The notes under the pieces were generated by a model. It ran no database searches. It was given only the letters and a program-made list of their open reading frames with translations, and was not told the DNA's origin. Shown here in pieces: positions 23,199 through 36,571 of a stretch of DNA of 64,000 bases (positions within the stretch are counted from its first letter, which is position 1; each line of letters begins with the position of its first letter). Location of the stretch: assembly GCA_001599295.1 (NCBI GenBank), contig BCGN01000007.1:1229791-1293790 (forward strand). Reading direction: 5' to 3'. The position numbers and the translations under genes are program-made. The DNA is from Sporopachydermia quercuum. Taxonomy: Eukaryota.

Positions 23199-26036
23199 AT
23201 GTACACAGCAACACCTACAACATCAAGGGAATTCACAGGTCTTCTGAAAGATCTTCATTCAGATGATAGCATTGATTCTTTCGCTCCACCCGCTTTGAGC
23301 GACTATGCCCGAGCTTTACTTGCTCAAGACTATTCTGCTAATGGTATCAACCCTGCAAAGTATAATTCTCACACTTCAACTAATGCAAAACCATCAAATG
23401 CTTTATCAATTTTGCATAATGTATACAACGAGGATAATCTACATACAATGAAAGAGCCTGGTGTTCCACTGGCGCCGGAAGCCAATTCAAACCTCCGTAT
23501 CAACAATGGTACCAACACGCACTTGCATGGCTCGTTTTTCAACAGGGAGACCGCCACAGGACTGCAAGAAGCTCATAGAAGGTCAATGGGGGCTGGAGGG
23601 AGTTCTTCTGAGGAAACGCATGGAGGGACATATGGCCATGACGAGAGTTTTGTTGAGCGCATAAGGCGGATGAAAGGCAAGTCTGAGGGGCTTGGACATG
23701 GAAATAACAATAATAGTAATAATAATAGCATCGGCGGCATAAATAGCATGAACAACAGTCACAACAATATCAGCATTAACAATAGTAACAACAAAACTAC
23801 CATCAACAGTATCAAACCTATGACTGCAACTCCTAGCCAACAAGACAACTCGGAGCCTCATATCATTCAATCTAATATATTATCCACGCCTTGGACGAAG
23901 AGAGTTATTAATTCTAATGCCAACCCGCTGCCATTGGATGTTACCACAGGAATTGCTTCGTCAATGCATCCCAGAAGCACAATCCGTGTAAAACGGTTCG
24001 GCAGAGGCCTTGGTCCTCCCCAGCGCGTTGTAGACCAGCGATCAAGTATTGTGGGACATAGTAATGAGATACGTGATTATTCTGTCCGAAGAGATGTTCC
24101 GGATGACGATGCTGATAGATTAAACGGCATCGATAAAACCATGATGAATAGTGCTCTCAATAGCAGTAAAAACGCAGCCAGCAAGAGCACTGACATCAGT
24201 GATCTCAAACCCATCGCAAGAAATATTCTTATGGAAACCACACTGAGCACACCTTCAGCAGCATCACGCTCATCACAGGCGAGAAACATCCTATCAATAG
24301 CTACACCAATGGGCAGGAAACCCTTTGGTCCACCCGTGGACAGGGACCTAGTGATGAATTCTTCTCATTCTCCTCATCCTCGCCAAGAGCGAGAAACTAT
24401 GACAAGAACGCCTATTAAATTAAGTCCCAGCCTTAGTAAAGAAACTGTGATACGTAGTGCTTTATCAACCAGAAGTTCAGCAAGATCTTCGTCTCCAGCA
24501 CCAGGCTCGGGCTCGAGCTCTACTACTTCAACGTCTACTAGGTCTTTTTCCTCTTTTAAAGCAAATAGCAAGCATGATAAGCCATCTGAGAGAGATACTA
24601 TGGCGCGCCATGGAGAGAAAGAGTCCCCGTCCAATTGGAATAAAGAAAACACAGCTGGAGCTTCATACTCAGTAGAGAGAGGGTCTGAAAGAACTAATGA
24701 AGGGTCAAATGGGTCAAATGGTAGACATAACTATCTACAGAATCATGTACATAACCAGCAAAATTATCCCAATGACTCTTCGCGCTCAGCATTAAGAGAA
24801 ATAGACATTAACGTGAATGTGAATCCTATAACGAAAGACCCTTTAGATAAGCATCATCCTTTATCATCATCCTCGTCGTCAGGATACGAAGTGGCGCCTC
24901 CACCTAGAATGGATCTCAAGGGATTCGCTAATAGTCATAATAACTCCAACGGTGTTGCCGATAACAATATACATAATACTCAAACCCGCAGTACTAATCC
25001 CAATCCTAATCCTAAGTCAAAAGCACTGATAAACATTAACGGGTCCATATACCAGAAGCTAGAACTCATTGGGAGAGGAGGATCATCTAAAGTGTATAAA
25101 GCCATCAGCGAAAACAGCAAGATATACGCCATCAAGAAGGTAGTCCTCCAAGGAAGAGAAACAGAAATAATCAACGGCTTCAAAGGCGAAATTGACCTTC
25201 TGCTTAAGCTACGACAGGAAGAACGAGTGGTGAAATTAATAGACTACAATATGAAACAATCGTCGTTATACGTAGTAATGGAATGCGGAGAAATAGACCT
25301 AGCACATGTATTAGCATCTCGGCTAGGGAAACCTTTGGACATCCCGTTTATCAGATTCCATGCTATAGAAATGCTTAAATGTGTATCAGCAGTGCATAGC
25401 TATGGCATAGTTCATTCTGATTTGAAACCAGCAAACTTTCTTTTCGTAAAAGGCATGTTGAAGATCATTGATTTTGGTATTGCCAACGTTGTGCCAGATT
25501 ATACATCAAATATATATAGAGACACGCAGATCGGTACTCCTAATTATATGGCACCAGAAACTTTGATGGACATTGAAAGTGCTAATGGCACTGTTGGAAT
25601 CACAGGAAATGAAAAACAAATGAAAGTAGGCAAACCGTCAGACGTATGGAGCTGTGGATGCATCCTGTACCAGATGTTCTATGGGAGACCTCCGTATGGT
25701 GCATTCAATGGAGTGCAGCGCATGTATGCTATTATCAATCCCAAGGTTGAAATCCAGTATAATAAGCTTGGAATGGGGGAGAACAAAGTCCCCTTGACAG
25801 GTATTGAGATGATAAAACAATGCTTAATGAGGGATCCTTCAAGAAGATGGACAATTGATGAAGCATTGCAATGCGAATTTCTATCGCCAAGGGTGATGAC
25901 AAAAGGCTTATTAAGTGATTTGATAAGCAATGCTATTCTCTATGGTGTAGATAGGAAGAGTGACGTTTCAGGGCGAGAGTTGAACAGTTTGACTGATGAT
26001 ATATGGAACAAGATATCTGAGATCGGAATTGAATAG
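23199..26036 (+). CDS. MPS1: Dual-specificity spindle checkpoint kinase Mps1
   Basis: C-terminal kinase domain with IGRGGSSKVYK, MECGEIDL, HSDLKPANFL, DFGIAN and DTQIGTPNYMAPE; long disordered N-terminus; convergent with ARP2. Confidence 0.95.
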   Translation: MYTATPTTSREFTGLLKDLHSDDSIDSFAPPALSDYARALLAQDYSANGINPAKYNSHTSTNAKPSNALSILHNVYNEDNLHTMKEPGVPLAPEANSNLRINNGTNTHLHGSFFNRETATGLQEAHRRSMGAGGSSSEETHGGTYGHDESFVERIRRMKGKSEGLGHGNNNNSNNNSIGGINSMNNSHNNISINNSNNKTTINSIKPMTATPSQQDNSEPHIIQSNILSTPWTKRVINSNANPLPLDVTTGIASSMHPRSTIRVKRFGRGLGPPQRVVDQRSSIVGHSNEIRDYSVRRDVPDDDADRLNGIDKTMMNSALNSSKNAASKSTDISDLKPIARNILMETTLSTPSAASRSSQARNILSIATPMGRKPFGPPVDRDLVMNSSHSPHPRQERETMTRTPIKLSPSLSKETVIRSALSTRSSARSSSPAPGSGSSSTTSTSTRSFSSFKANSKHDKPSERDTMARHGEKESPSNWNKENTAGASYSVERGSERTNEGSNGSNGRHNYLQNHVHNQQNYPNDSSRSALREIDINVNVNPITKDPLDKHHPLSSSSSSGYEVAPPPRMDLKGFANSHNNSNGVADNNIHNTQTRSTNPNPNPKSKALININGSIYQKLELIGRGGSSKVYKAISENSKIYAIKKVVLQGRETEIINGFKGEIDLLLKLRQEERVVKLIDYNMKQSSLYVVMECGEIDLAHVLASRLGKPLDIPFIRFHAIEMLKCVSAVHSYGIVHSDLKPANFLFVKGMLKIIDFGIANVVPDYTSNIYRDTQIGTPNYMAPETLMDIESANGTVGITGNEKQMKVGKPSDVWSCGCILYQMFYGRPPYGAFNGVQRMYAIINPKVEIQYNKLGMGENKVPLTGIEMIKQCLMRDPSRRWTIDEALQCEFLSPRVMTKGLLSDLISNAILYGVDRKSDVSGRELNSLTDDIWNKISEIGIE

Positions 26037-26042
26037 AACGAG

Positions 26043-26095
26043 TGAGTTCAATGGTATGAAGTATGTGAGTTCGATGGTATGAAGTAAATGAGTTC
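26043..26095 (+). repeat. 23-bp tandem repeat (about 2.3 copies) in the MPS1 3' flank
   Basis: tgagttcaatggtatgaagtatg / tgagttcgatggtatgaagtaaa / tgagttc. Confidence 0.8.
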
Positions 26096-27421
26096 TAGTT
26101 CGTAGAAATAGTGGAAGAAGGGAATAAAGGAACAGAGGAACAAGGAGATGTACTGAAGTATTAACATAACATTTTCCAGCAGTGAATTCTTTCTTTATTT
26201 TTATTTTTATTTTTTTTATTACATAGGTTGAGTAAATATCTCTACAGATCAGCAATCGTTATTAGTTATATTTCGTTTGCTTATTTATCATTGATACAAA
26301 AATATGTATTAATAGTGTGTACTTGTTAATGAAGATTAATTAATTCAAACCGCATTGCAATGTGAGAGTGACTTTATTTTCTTTAGAATTAAAGCATGCT
26401 ACATTTTTTGCAATAACTTAGAATTAGATTTACATTGATTGTCTTATTGTTTTTTTTTTTTTTTTTCACTACGTGATTGTGCCGTTAACATCAAGTAACG
26501 ATATATTTATTCTTTGTCATGGTGCAGAAATGGTTTCCCAACAATATGAGTTGTAGAGTTCCATGGCATATTAAGTTGATTTGGGAGGCTGCAAGAGAGT
26601 TCAACATCAGCAGAAGGGCCATTAGGTGACAGCGCAATACAAGGTCTATCCCAATAGATACGTCGCTAGGTAGAATTATAGTTATATTAGTTAATTTCCT
26701 GCTATTCAACTTTCATAAGATATCCCCAACTGTTGGTATCAGAAACAACATGCCACTACCATTAATGAAGTCCTCTATTGAGTAATCAAATCCAAAAATC
26801 AATCCCTTTGACTGGACGAGCTCAATTGGCAGAAAACCACTGCAATAAATGGGTAATAGAAGAAACAATCGCACTACCTCCCAGAACAGAAGATCATCGT
26901 CACTGTAAATAATTCAACAAAAAGAAAAGTAATTAGAATATTATCAATAAAAACCAATAGAAGATAGGGTGATTGAGTAACAGTTGATATATCAGAACAT
27001 ATAGCCATTTGTTTGCTCGACAACAAGTATGAAGTTTTATGCCATTTAGAACAACGAGATTCAAATAACATAACAAATAATAATTTAATACGTATATTAA
27101 TACCAATATCAACACTTTATACTATATTTATATCAACAGTGTATAATAGCATGAATATCAATAGTCAATAAAAATACTACCAGTACTCATGTTGAGACTA
27201 GATCACTACTAATATGCATACTATAATTCGTACCATTAATCAATATTGCTGGTACTATTGTTATTATCTATAGCAAAAACCAAAACGACAACTACAGCAA
27301 TATTCATGGTCCTTTCTGGTACTAATAACAATTTCCTACTTGTCCTTCCCTTCATTCTAATACAATCGTTTACTCCATTTCACTTTCACTTTCACTTACT
27401 CTTTCACTTACTCTTCCTAAC

Positions 27422-28663
27422 TCATCTTGGACCTAATTTCGTTAAGACACGAGCTCCCTGTTCTTCCCACTCCTGCTTAGAAATCCACATATGCTCCTTA
27501 TCTTGCATCAAGCTAGCCAACACGGCTCCTCCAACAAATACCATATGTTTTCTTCGGGGAGGATCCTCAATCCTCACTTTGAACTTACTCAACCTTTCAG
27601 GGTCACCATGCAAAACACGCGTGAGCCATAATTGCTTCAACTCTCGCTCCAATCGAGATGGCAGTCCAGGATACATACTAGAACCACCAGAAAGCACAAT
27701 GGCTTTGAACAAGGACGAACGAACGTCTACGTCAGCAGCCTGGATAGTGTTGAACAACAGCTCGGCCACACCAGGCTGTTCCACATCTACCAAATGAGGC
27801 TGGAACAAACATTCGGGGGCTTCAAATCGTTCCGAACCGAGCTTGACGACTCTTCCGTCAGGAAGCTCGTATTGCTCTACAAGCACAGTAGTATCATTGG
27901 CAAGTTTGGTGTCCAGTTCCAAATCATAAGACACATAGCATAGTTTTTCTTTCATCTGGCGAACAGTTTCAAAATCAGCAGTTCTATTGAAAGCATATCC
28001 TCTACGTAATAGCAGGTTGATTAGCTGACGGGTCACATCACGCCCAGCAACATCTAAACGTCTTGTGAGATGATTCAACACTACAGACTCATAAACAGGT
28101 ACAACGTGAGTCACACCATCACCAGAATCAATTACTACGCCTGATGATAAACCTTGAGCGTATAGAGCCAACACAGCTTGAATGGCTACATAGACACCTC
28201 CAAAACCGTATTGGTTGAACATCACATCGCACATTTGCTCTCTATTCTTCAAAGGGTTCATGGGAGGTTCTGTAAGGAGAATTTTCCTACCGGTTGGGTC
28301 TATTTGCATTCTCTCGTAGAAAGCATAGTCCCAGAGATGACACATGTCTTCCCAGTTGCGGATGATACCGTTTTCCATAGGATAGCTAATTTGGAGCATA
28401 GAGCGCACAGCGCTGGCTTCGTCACCGCACATGATGTCTTTAATTTCGACGGAGCCGGTTCTTTCTTCGGCCCGCAGGATTGGTCTTCCTACGATTGAAG
28501 GGAAGGTATGGTCGGGGAAGTTTGAGCCGCCTCTTCCGATTTTCACGAAACCAGTACCCTGGTCAAGAACTATGAAATGTTAGCACAAAGATAGGACCGA
28601 AAGACGGAAATACAAAAGAAAAGGAGGAGTAAAGAACTTACCGATAGGTTGTTCTGAATCCAT
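27422..28663 (-). CDS. ARP2: Actin-related protein 2; exons 28663-28642 and 28569-27422 (389 aa)
   Basis: Spliced start [52 protein letters not shown]; intron GTAAGT 28641..TGCTAAC..TAG 28570. Confidence 0.97.
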
Positions 28664-29919
28664 TTTTGAGGAGAAATAGATAAAGGAAGTATCGGGTTTT
28701 GTGGTAATTATATGTTTTCCTTTCTGGATATTTGTGAATTGTAGATTAGTTTTCGGCTCTTTTTATTCGTTAACTGTAATCTGTTGGTTGATATTTGTGG
28801 CAGTTATATAACTTATAACGGTTGCACAAATTCGAAACTAAAATCAACTAATCGGCTAACCAATCAATCGATCTATCAATCAATCAATTAATCACCTAAC
28901 CAATTAATAGTTCTTAACCTATTATCGTTCTTTCCTTCACTCTTCAATGTTCGCTGTTCTTAAACAATGTATTCGTTCTTCATATCTACCTTCTCAATTG
29001 CTTTCTTTACACATCATCACAGTGGAGATCTCGGAATCCTAATGGAAATCACAATGAATCCTTTGTAGATCCTTATCGTGGAGATACCCCCCTTAACTAG
29101 AGTATTATTGATGTTTATGTTGAGACTCACCCCTTCAGTTTGTAAGAACAACATGTACTTGTTGCTTTTTATAGAAAATAAAACGGGTTATTGGACAGCG
29201 AGAAGAGGGTTGACAACGCCGGTAAGATGAGACTCGAGATGGGAGTAAGATAGATAGGAAATAGGATAGAATGGCAGAAATGAACCATATTCAATTGGCA
29301 TTTAGTAAGTTCATCTAAAATATAGTGCTTCAAATTAAGCTACTAGAGTGTTATGATTAGAGTCCCTCAAGTATATTGCGGCTCTTAATACAGTACCATC
29401 TATACTACTTAGCGTGTCCACTTCCCGCCTGTCTTGTCAATCTCACCCCCTCTACTGGACACTTGCATACTCGTAGTAACCAAAACGCTATTATAGATTA
29501 CATAATCACATCTTCTCATTTTCCATTTCTAGTAGCATAATCATAAATTCATTGAAATCCTACCATTCTTTCTTTATTTTTTGTTTACTTTCTTGCCAGT
29601 AAACGGATCATCGTTTACCAAGGAACAGAACAGCTAAGAAAGGAAGAAACAAGTAAGATATACAGAAAACATCTAATTGAATGAAAGCAATAAAAAGCTT
29701 TGTTGTTGAGTATACCGCGGAAGAAACCAGCAAGAAATAACATCCAAAGATCAACTGCAGCCTGACTGTGTAATTCACCTGTGGTTTGTTCTCCGATCAT
29801 TTCTGATCCGATTTCGATTGCCCTTGATTTCGGGTCAAATCCTGTTGTCTATCTTGCTATCGATTGCTGATCTGACATTTCTTTGAGCTTATTGCTTCTA
29901 GAATTACGATATTCCACCA

Positions 29920-32900
29920 ATGGCTTCCCTCAAATCCCTTCCCGAAACTTCTCCAGAGGTATGTACTCTAGGTGTAATATTTGGCGTTTTTGATTGTCGG
30001 CCATTATTATCAATAATATAGGCGCAATTTGATTGGAAGTAAAGGTAGAAGCGAACTCAAATACCCCACAGAAATGCCGCTTGAGCTCATACTAACACCT
30101 TTAGGATATTGGGTTCCGGGCTGTAAACCCAACCCCAGTAGAGCTTTTCTCTGCTGATGAATTGATTCCTGATGGTCCTTTGAAATTGTTTGCTATCGAC
30201 AATGTAAATGGCATTTTTGCAGCAGCAAAGGGTAACTGTAAGTAATTATTAGCTTTATAACATCTGTAAAGGGTTAGAGAATCAGGTAAGCGAAGGAAAA
30301 CGAAGAAAGAAGGAAGAAAGAAAAGATGGATGTTCATTCCACTATTGGATAAGATATAATTTGATGGATAAACAGCAAGTAATGGATGATAACCAGTTTA
30401 CTGAAAGCCAGACTTTGTGAAAGAATCCTTGTAGCTATCCAGAGAAAAGAACTATTTTCTATACATTTCATAAGACAATTGATTCTTGTAATAGCAAAGA
30501 AGGAACAGAAGGAAATGGATAGAAAAGGAAGAAAAAAGAGAACTTTCGGCGATAAAACAATCTGCCCATTAAATGNNTTTGCTTTCATTCGTCACAGATT
30601 TGACACACGATTGGTGTTCAGGTTGCANAAGTATCGTATTGAATCAGATTATTTTGTTTTCTGGCAAGGAAGGAGAAATAATGAGTTGTGTTTGCGATAT
30701 TGAACACAAATCTACGACGTACTCGACGTAAAATAGAATGAGGGTCAAACATGTGGTTTCTGGGTTAGACCTTCGATTGTTTCCTACGAAACCGGAATTA
30801 ATTTTGGGAAATGTTATTACCCAATTGATCACACAATATCTGCTAGTTAGCTCTAAATAGCCGAGGTTTATACCACAATATGGTTACCCCTCCTAGATTA
30901 TTTCCTGTTACGGCAGACCCACAGAGCCTTTCCTCTTGACTCTAACCTTACATGTTTCCGATTTCGGAGCTTAAATGTACTAACATAGAATAAATACTAG
31001 GTTTAATCACCGGTTCTGTTACAAAACTCCAATCGGATACCGAATCGGGTAGTATTTCTAAAGAAAGTTTCCCTAATTCAACTACACTGTCAGAGTATAC
31101 TTTCACTATGCTTACTTTCTCCTCAACGGGAGCCTATTTACTAGCAGTACAAAAGGAAGCCAATTGCGCCGACCCCTCGGAACCAACTAGTAACTTAAAA
31201 CTTTATTCTATTGACCCCACTAACGGAACGGCAACGTTAATTACAGAAAAGTCAATTGATTCTGTGGTTTCCGACATACAATCGGAGCGGGGTTCAAAAG
31301 ATAATTTCCTTGTTCTTACCGGAAAGGGGATTGAAATGTGGGGTAAGAAAAGTATTACGAACAACAACCCAGCTTTGATTATAAACGACTCCGCGATTGA
31401 ATGTTTCACTACCCCCCCAGAAGATAACATTGTAATCACAGGATCCAATAATAGTGGAAATATTACAATAACCAAACTAGGAAATGGCAGTCTTAAACCG
31501 GAGATTATTACGCCGCCTTCGGAGGTAGACCCTAGTTTCCACCCGATTGCCCTCAAATCACTCACAAGCACGGACCTGATTGCCATTTATGGCACTACAA
31601 CCGAGGATGAGGAACATGACTACCACACATATATAGTTAAGCGTCAGTATAACAGTCCCAATTGGGAATACTATGAAGCGGAAGATGTTTGCCCCCCATT
31701 TGGAAATACAGAAAGGCGGGGCCAGTGGTTTATTGAGAGTCTAATCAACTGGGAAAGCGGGGCTAATCCCGAATATTCGGTTGTTTCCTTTTTAGGTTCT
31801 GCTCCCTCGGTGGATATTTCCATTTTAAGCAATAAAGCCGCGCTTAGTATCGACGAAGACGGAAATAGAGCTGCTTTGCCGATGGGAGATGAAAGTGATA
31901 CCTCATTAGTGGGGTTTGCCTTAGATTTATGTGGGGTAGAACCGGTTAAAGGCATACTTGGAGACGACGATACTGGGGCAAGTGGGGCAGTCCCTTTACC
32001 TATATTATGGACATTGAACGATGCGGGGTGCCTTTCTGCATGGCACTTTTTCTATATTGAGGGAATTAAGCGAGGCTTAGTTTCAGTACAAAGAGCAAGA
32101 GCCGAGCTTATAGCGGAAACAGAAACAGAAACGGAAGTGGAAGCGGAAAAAGAACCCGAGAAACTGGATTTATATACCGAGAAAGGGAATTCACATGAAA
32201 TTATATCCAAAGACAAGTTGAAAATCACTCCTTTTGGCACTTCTGCGTTCCCTAAGTTTGATTCCAGCTTTAACATGATCAAAACTGCAGAAACGGAGAA
32301 CAATGCCGAGAATTCGGAATCTCTCGCCGGTAAATCTTCTGAATTAGGGAAGTTTTCAACCAAAAATTCGTCTGGTTTCTTGGACAACACAGAAATAAAG
32401 CCGAATATAGGCCAATTGCCAAGCTCCGTGTTCAATTCCAGTTCTCCTATTGGAAGCGGAGCTACCACCGAACAGCCAATGTTCGGGCGAACCTCTTTTG
32501 GCAGCAAAGTTTCCCCATTCGGTAACAGTTCTAGTGGTTTCGGAAGAAATAGCGCTGTTAGTTCAACTGGTGGACGTAGTATGACCTCATCAGGAAGTCT
32601 TTTCGCTGCTAATACCGGATTTGGAGGCACCGAAAACCCATTTTCCGGAAAGGGAAAAGAAAGTATGTCATGGATTTCTTCATCGGGAAATGATTCCCTA
32701 TTCGGGAAAAGTAGCACCGGAACTACACCTCTTTTTGGTAATAATGCCGGAAAGAGCGAAATCAAACCTCTTTTTGGTAATATAAGTGAGGCTAAAACCC
32801 AAGGAGTGAAAGCGGGTTCTCTTTTCGGTAGTCCTGTCACCAGTTTCTGTAACAAAGCTGGTACAATCACCCAACTGGACTCAGAAGAAGACTCAGAAGA

Positions 32901-34158
32901 CTCGGACGAAGCCTCAGAAGAAGACAAAAGCGGAAATATGAGCGTTTTCTCGAAGTTAGAATCCAAAGAGGAAGTTGAGGCTAAAATCGAACCCGAAACG
33001 GAACTTTCAGCTGAGGAAAGTGGTGACGAAAGCACAACAAATCTCAACATAAATCCCGCCCTAGACGGCCTTTCGCTTGATTCGGCTAAATCAGAACTTA
33101 AAACAGCCCCAAAGGCGCTGGGCGAACTAAATTCGCTGGATTCACTTAAATCGGCCCCATTCGGTATCTCTGCTGAGGCTAGAGGAACACACAAGCCCGA
33201 TAATATTACCTCTTTGAGTAGCTTACACACTAAAGAGGATTCTGTGCCCGTTTTACCACCAATTTACCCTTCAATCATCCCCACTTTTAAAGAGTTAGCG
33301 CCAATTGACGAACCTAAGAGTGCGGAAGCGGGACTGCAAGCTGCATTTAATTATCTTTTTGTGTCAGCGGAAGCGGAACTTAAAATTGTTCGGGAAAACG
33401 CGGAACGGATGAATGAGTTTATTGCCATTCACAGTAATAGGCCTGCGGAAGACTCTTCAGAGGACTCCGCAGAGGACGCCGCAAAGTACCTCTCGACTTC
33501 AGAAATAAAGTTTAATGACATCTCCACTCTCGCCCGGTTAACTGCGACTCATAATTCCTCGTTGAGCTCAGCTATATCTGCTAAAAAATTAACTCTAAAT
33601 GACTATAAATCGGTTTCTAATCAATTGGCCGCGCTTATAAGCAAAGCCGAACGGCTCCTATCCACAATTCGGAACCAATCGGCAATTCGGGCTGAAACGG
33701 AACGCAGCGAGTTACCTCTGGAGTTAAAGTTAACTGAAAAACAGCTGAATGATAGAATCATTCGAGTTAAACATCTTGAAGGGGAGTTAGAGCGAAGCTT
33801 ATTAGTACTAAATGCTCTAATCAGAAGCCAAAACGGACTTGGTTCTAGTACGAAACAATTAGCGGCGTTTATTGAAACTGTTTTGATAAACTTCACTGCC
33901 AAGAGTGAAGAATTAACCTCGCTTATTCATGAATTCAGTCAATTACAACTAATTCCTTCTCCTGCCAACAGCGGTATAGATGTTATACCATTAAGTAATC
34001 CCTACACCGGAGAACCTCATCATAGGATCCCATCACCATCATTAGAAACTTCCATGGAAAAAGCGCAAGAAAAGATTAAATCTTTGGCTGAATATAAAAA
34101 GATTGAAAGGAGGAAGCAAGTTGCTGTTTTACTACAAACAAGGCAAATTTCTGTTTAA
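29920..34158 (+). CDS. NUP159: Nup159/Nup214-like FG nucleoporin; exons 29920-29958, 30105-30237, 31001-34158 (about 1109 aa)
   Basis: N-terminal beta-propeller-like region (DIGFRAV, LFAIDNVNGIFAAA, PLPILWTLNDAGCLSAWH), central SFG/PFG/LFG repeats, acidic linker and C-terminal coiled coil; both introns are canonical and in frame. Confidence 0.85.
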
Positions 34159-34974
34159 TTTAAGAAATAGAAAGTGAATCTCAATGTCGTATGTGTAGTC
34201 AATGTAGGATTATGCAGATTTATGCAAGTATGTATAAGGTTCTAGGAGTGTATGCAGAATTTATGTATATATATGATAATGTGCATTTAGTTCCTACGTA
34301 ATGTAGGCACAATAATGTCTCTTATCTATCAATGTAATGATCATATAATATTGCTGTTTTCTCTGCATAGAAGTATTATCAATAGAATAAATAATGAACA
34401 CTTTTAAGCTAGTTTTTGATTATAAGAAGCCTGATTCTACTCAACTTTCGTAGTTGAGTTGTATGAATGGTAATTGGGAACAATTGTACATGTAATGTTA
34501 TATTATGTAATGCTATAAAATTCAAAATTTTACTGAATTTAATATAAAATTATATAATTCTTTACTATTGAAAAAAACAAGTAGATTTAAGTTTCAAAAT
34601 CATGCAGCACCATCGCATAACTGTCTGCATAAAGAATGCATGTAGATTGATTAAGGTGATTACTCTTTCGATAATTACTGCAAAGGTACAATCAATTAGA
34701 TAGATTTCACTGCTCACTAATTATAGATTGAATTAATGTTGTTCTCTGATACAAGTAAATCAGAGTTATCAATACATTTCATCAAATATTGATAATTCTG
34801 TGATATAGTTGAATATTCATATATTCATCCGACTTGATTATATTTTTTTAAATACTTTCGATATCACTCTATTCTATGCCCGAATTTCGATACCACCTAT
34901 TCATATATTACACTGTTTTACCATTATTTCTTTTGTCATCCTCCTCCTATTCCTTCTCCAACATCTACTAATTT

Positions 34975-35976
34975 CTAATTGTACTGAATGCCATAATGAC
35001 GCAGTCTAATAGAATTCAAATCCTCAGCATTCTGGACAACAATATTCCCATCAAGTAATAACCTGATAAAAGGATCATTAGCATTTTTTATCTTCACATA
35101 ACGATTACTTTGCTTTAATGGATCACCATTAGTTAAGGCTGCACTTTCAACCATAGAATTCAATAAATCTTCTATGATTTCTGAATTTGCTTTCCTTTGA
35201 CGTTCTAAGTCTGCATGAGAAAAATTCCTTTCTTTATATAAATCAATCAAAACATATTTCCAGCAGTAAGCTATTAAATCTTTTAATGAATTCATCAAAT
35301 CACTTGATCTTGAATTATACACAGCAATTTTCTTATCAATGTCATTTTGGAAGTCCTGAATAGGTTTCCCTAGATCTGTTTGCACAGCAGCTATTTTAGA
35401 AGCAATCATACTCTTCATTGCGATCAATTCCTCGTTCAGTTTCTTTTCTCGTTGTAATTGGGCTTTAGCTGTATTAATACGCGTTCCTAGCAAATTTATT
35501 GCTTCCATGATGGATTCTATTTGATTTCCTAAGTTTATAGCTGCTAGAGTTGTTCCCAGTACCGAATCGTTACCTGGAACAACCGTGACACCAGTGCAAG
35601 CAATATTGATACCGGAAGCCTGACGTTTGAAGTCGACGATGGTTTGTTCTCTATCAAACGGTGCAGTTGATAGTGATGATGATGTGTTCTCTGTGGGTTT
35701 TGTAATAGAATTCTCGGTCACTTTTTTCTTGGTCACTTTTCCTTGTTTCTCTTCTTCATCTAGATTGAATCTCATTCTTTGCACTACTCTCATTGTCAAT
35801 TGTTCGTGATTGGCAATTTGTTCTTTCAGTTTGTTGATATAAGCAGCTTCTGAGGCATGGAAGGAAGAAAGAGCACTTGATTCCTTCGCCGATGGAGCAA
35901 TGTTGGCATCTTGTTGCCATGATGTGCTTAGATTCACGTAGTGTTTGATACGCGAGACAAGTTCTTGATCAACCAT
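34975..35976 (-). CDS. Inner kinetochore CENP-K / Mcm22 / Sim4-like protein
   Basis: Coiled coil plus a C-terminus (EDLLNS...YVKI..DPFIRLLLDGNIVVQNAEDLNSIRL) resembling CENP-K; divergent from TIM8, as MCM22 and TIM8 are in S. cerevisiae. Confidence 0.75.
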   Translation of the reverse strand: MVDQELVSRIKHYVNLSTSWQQDANIAPSAKESSALSSFHASEAAYINKLKEQIANHEQLTMRVVQRMRFNLDEEEKQGKVTKKKVTENSITKPTENTSSSLSTAPFDREQTIVDFKRQASGINIACTGVTVVPGNDSVLGTTLAAINLGNQIESIMEAINLLGTRINTAKAQLQREKKLNEELIAMKSMIASKIAAVQTDLGKPIQDFQNDIDKKIAVYNSRSSDLMNSLKDLIAYCWKYVLIDLYKERNFSHADLERQRKANSEIIEDLLNSMVESAALTNGDPLKQSNRYVKIKNANDPFIRLLLDGNIVVQNAEDLNSIRLRHYGIQYN

Positions 35977-36571
35977 TCTTTCCTGTCTGTGTTAATCAAT
36001 GGATGATTATATTATATACTTTTCAGTATGCACACAGTCTGTGCAAAACATGTGTATAATACACTGTATAGTAAGAATAATTATGTTGAAGATGGGGCTT
36101 TGATAGTTGTTTGTTTAGTGAGACGCAGGAAATTTTTTTGTAAAGGATATGAAAGGATATGAAATAGTGTATGAAATATTTCATGTTCGTATAATCTACG
36201 TTATTTGCCTGTGTTCTAGTAAGTTGATTTTGCAATTGATTGTTGGTGAAATACGAGGGATATTCTGAAGATTCATATGTTCTTTTCAGTGTCGGTTCTT
36301 CTATCTGGTTGGGATTGGTCGGTCTAAGTACCCATCCGACAATTGGGAGATTCTAGAGATCTCCAAAACTTATTATTGAACGATCGAAACACCGGACAGA
36401 AAGAACTGATCCATTACCATCAACAGAACTGTCGCAGCTTATGGAGGAAGTGTGTCCATAACAAGTAAAACTGTTCACTTTAACATGAGCTCTGGAAGAC
36501 TAGTAGTAGAATTGCGAGAATCAAAAACAGGCTCTAATTAATAACAACAATTCGAGAAAAAACTAACCACA

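Noticed and set aside
20590..28485. Possible CUG codon reassignment (CUG-Ser or CUG-Ala clades)
   Set aside because: CTG falls at conserved Leu positions (ARP2 [11 protein letters not shown]3 LLAEIKRAS), and the tRNA-Ala here has a CGC anticodon, not CAG.
32052..33230. 392-aa antisense ORF inside NUP159, and similar antisense ORFs at 49570-50655, 51064-51516, 59095-59859 and 517-1051
   Set aside because: Shadow frames of low-complexity coding strands; Ser/Leu-rich with no motifs.
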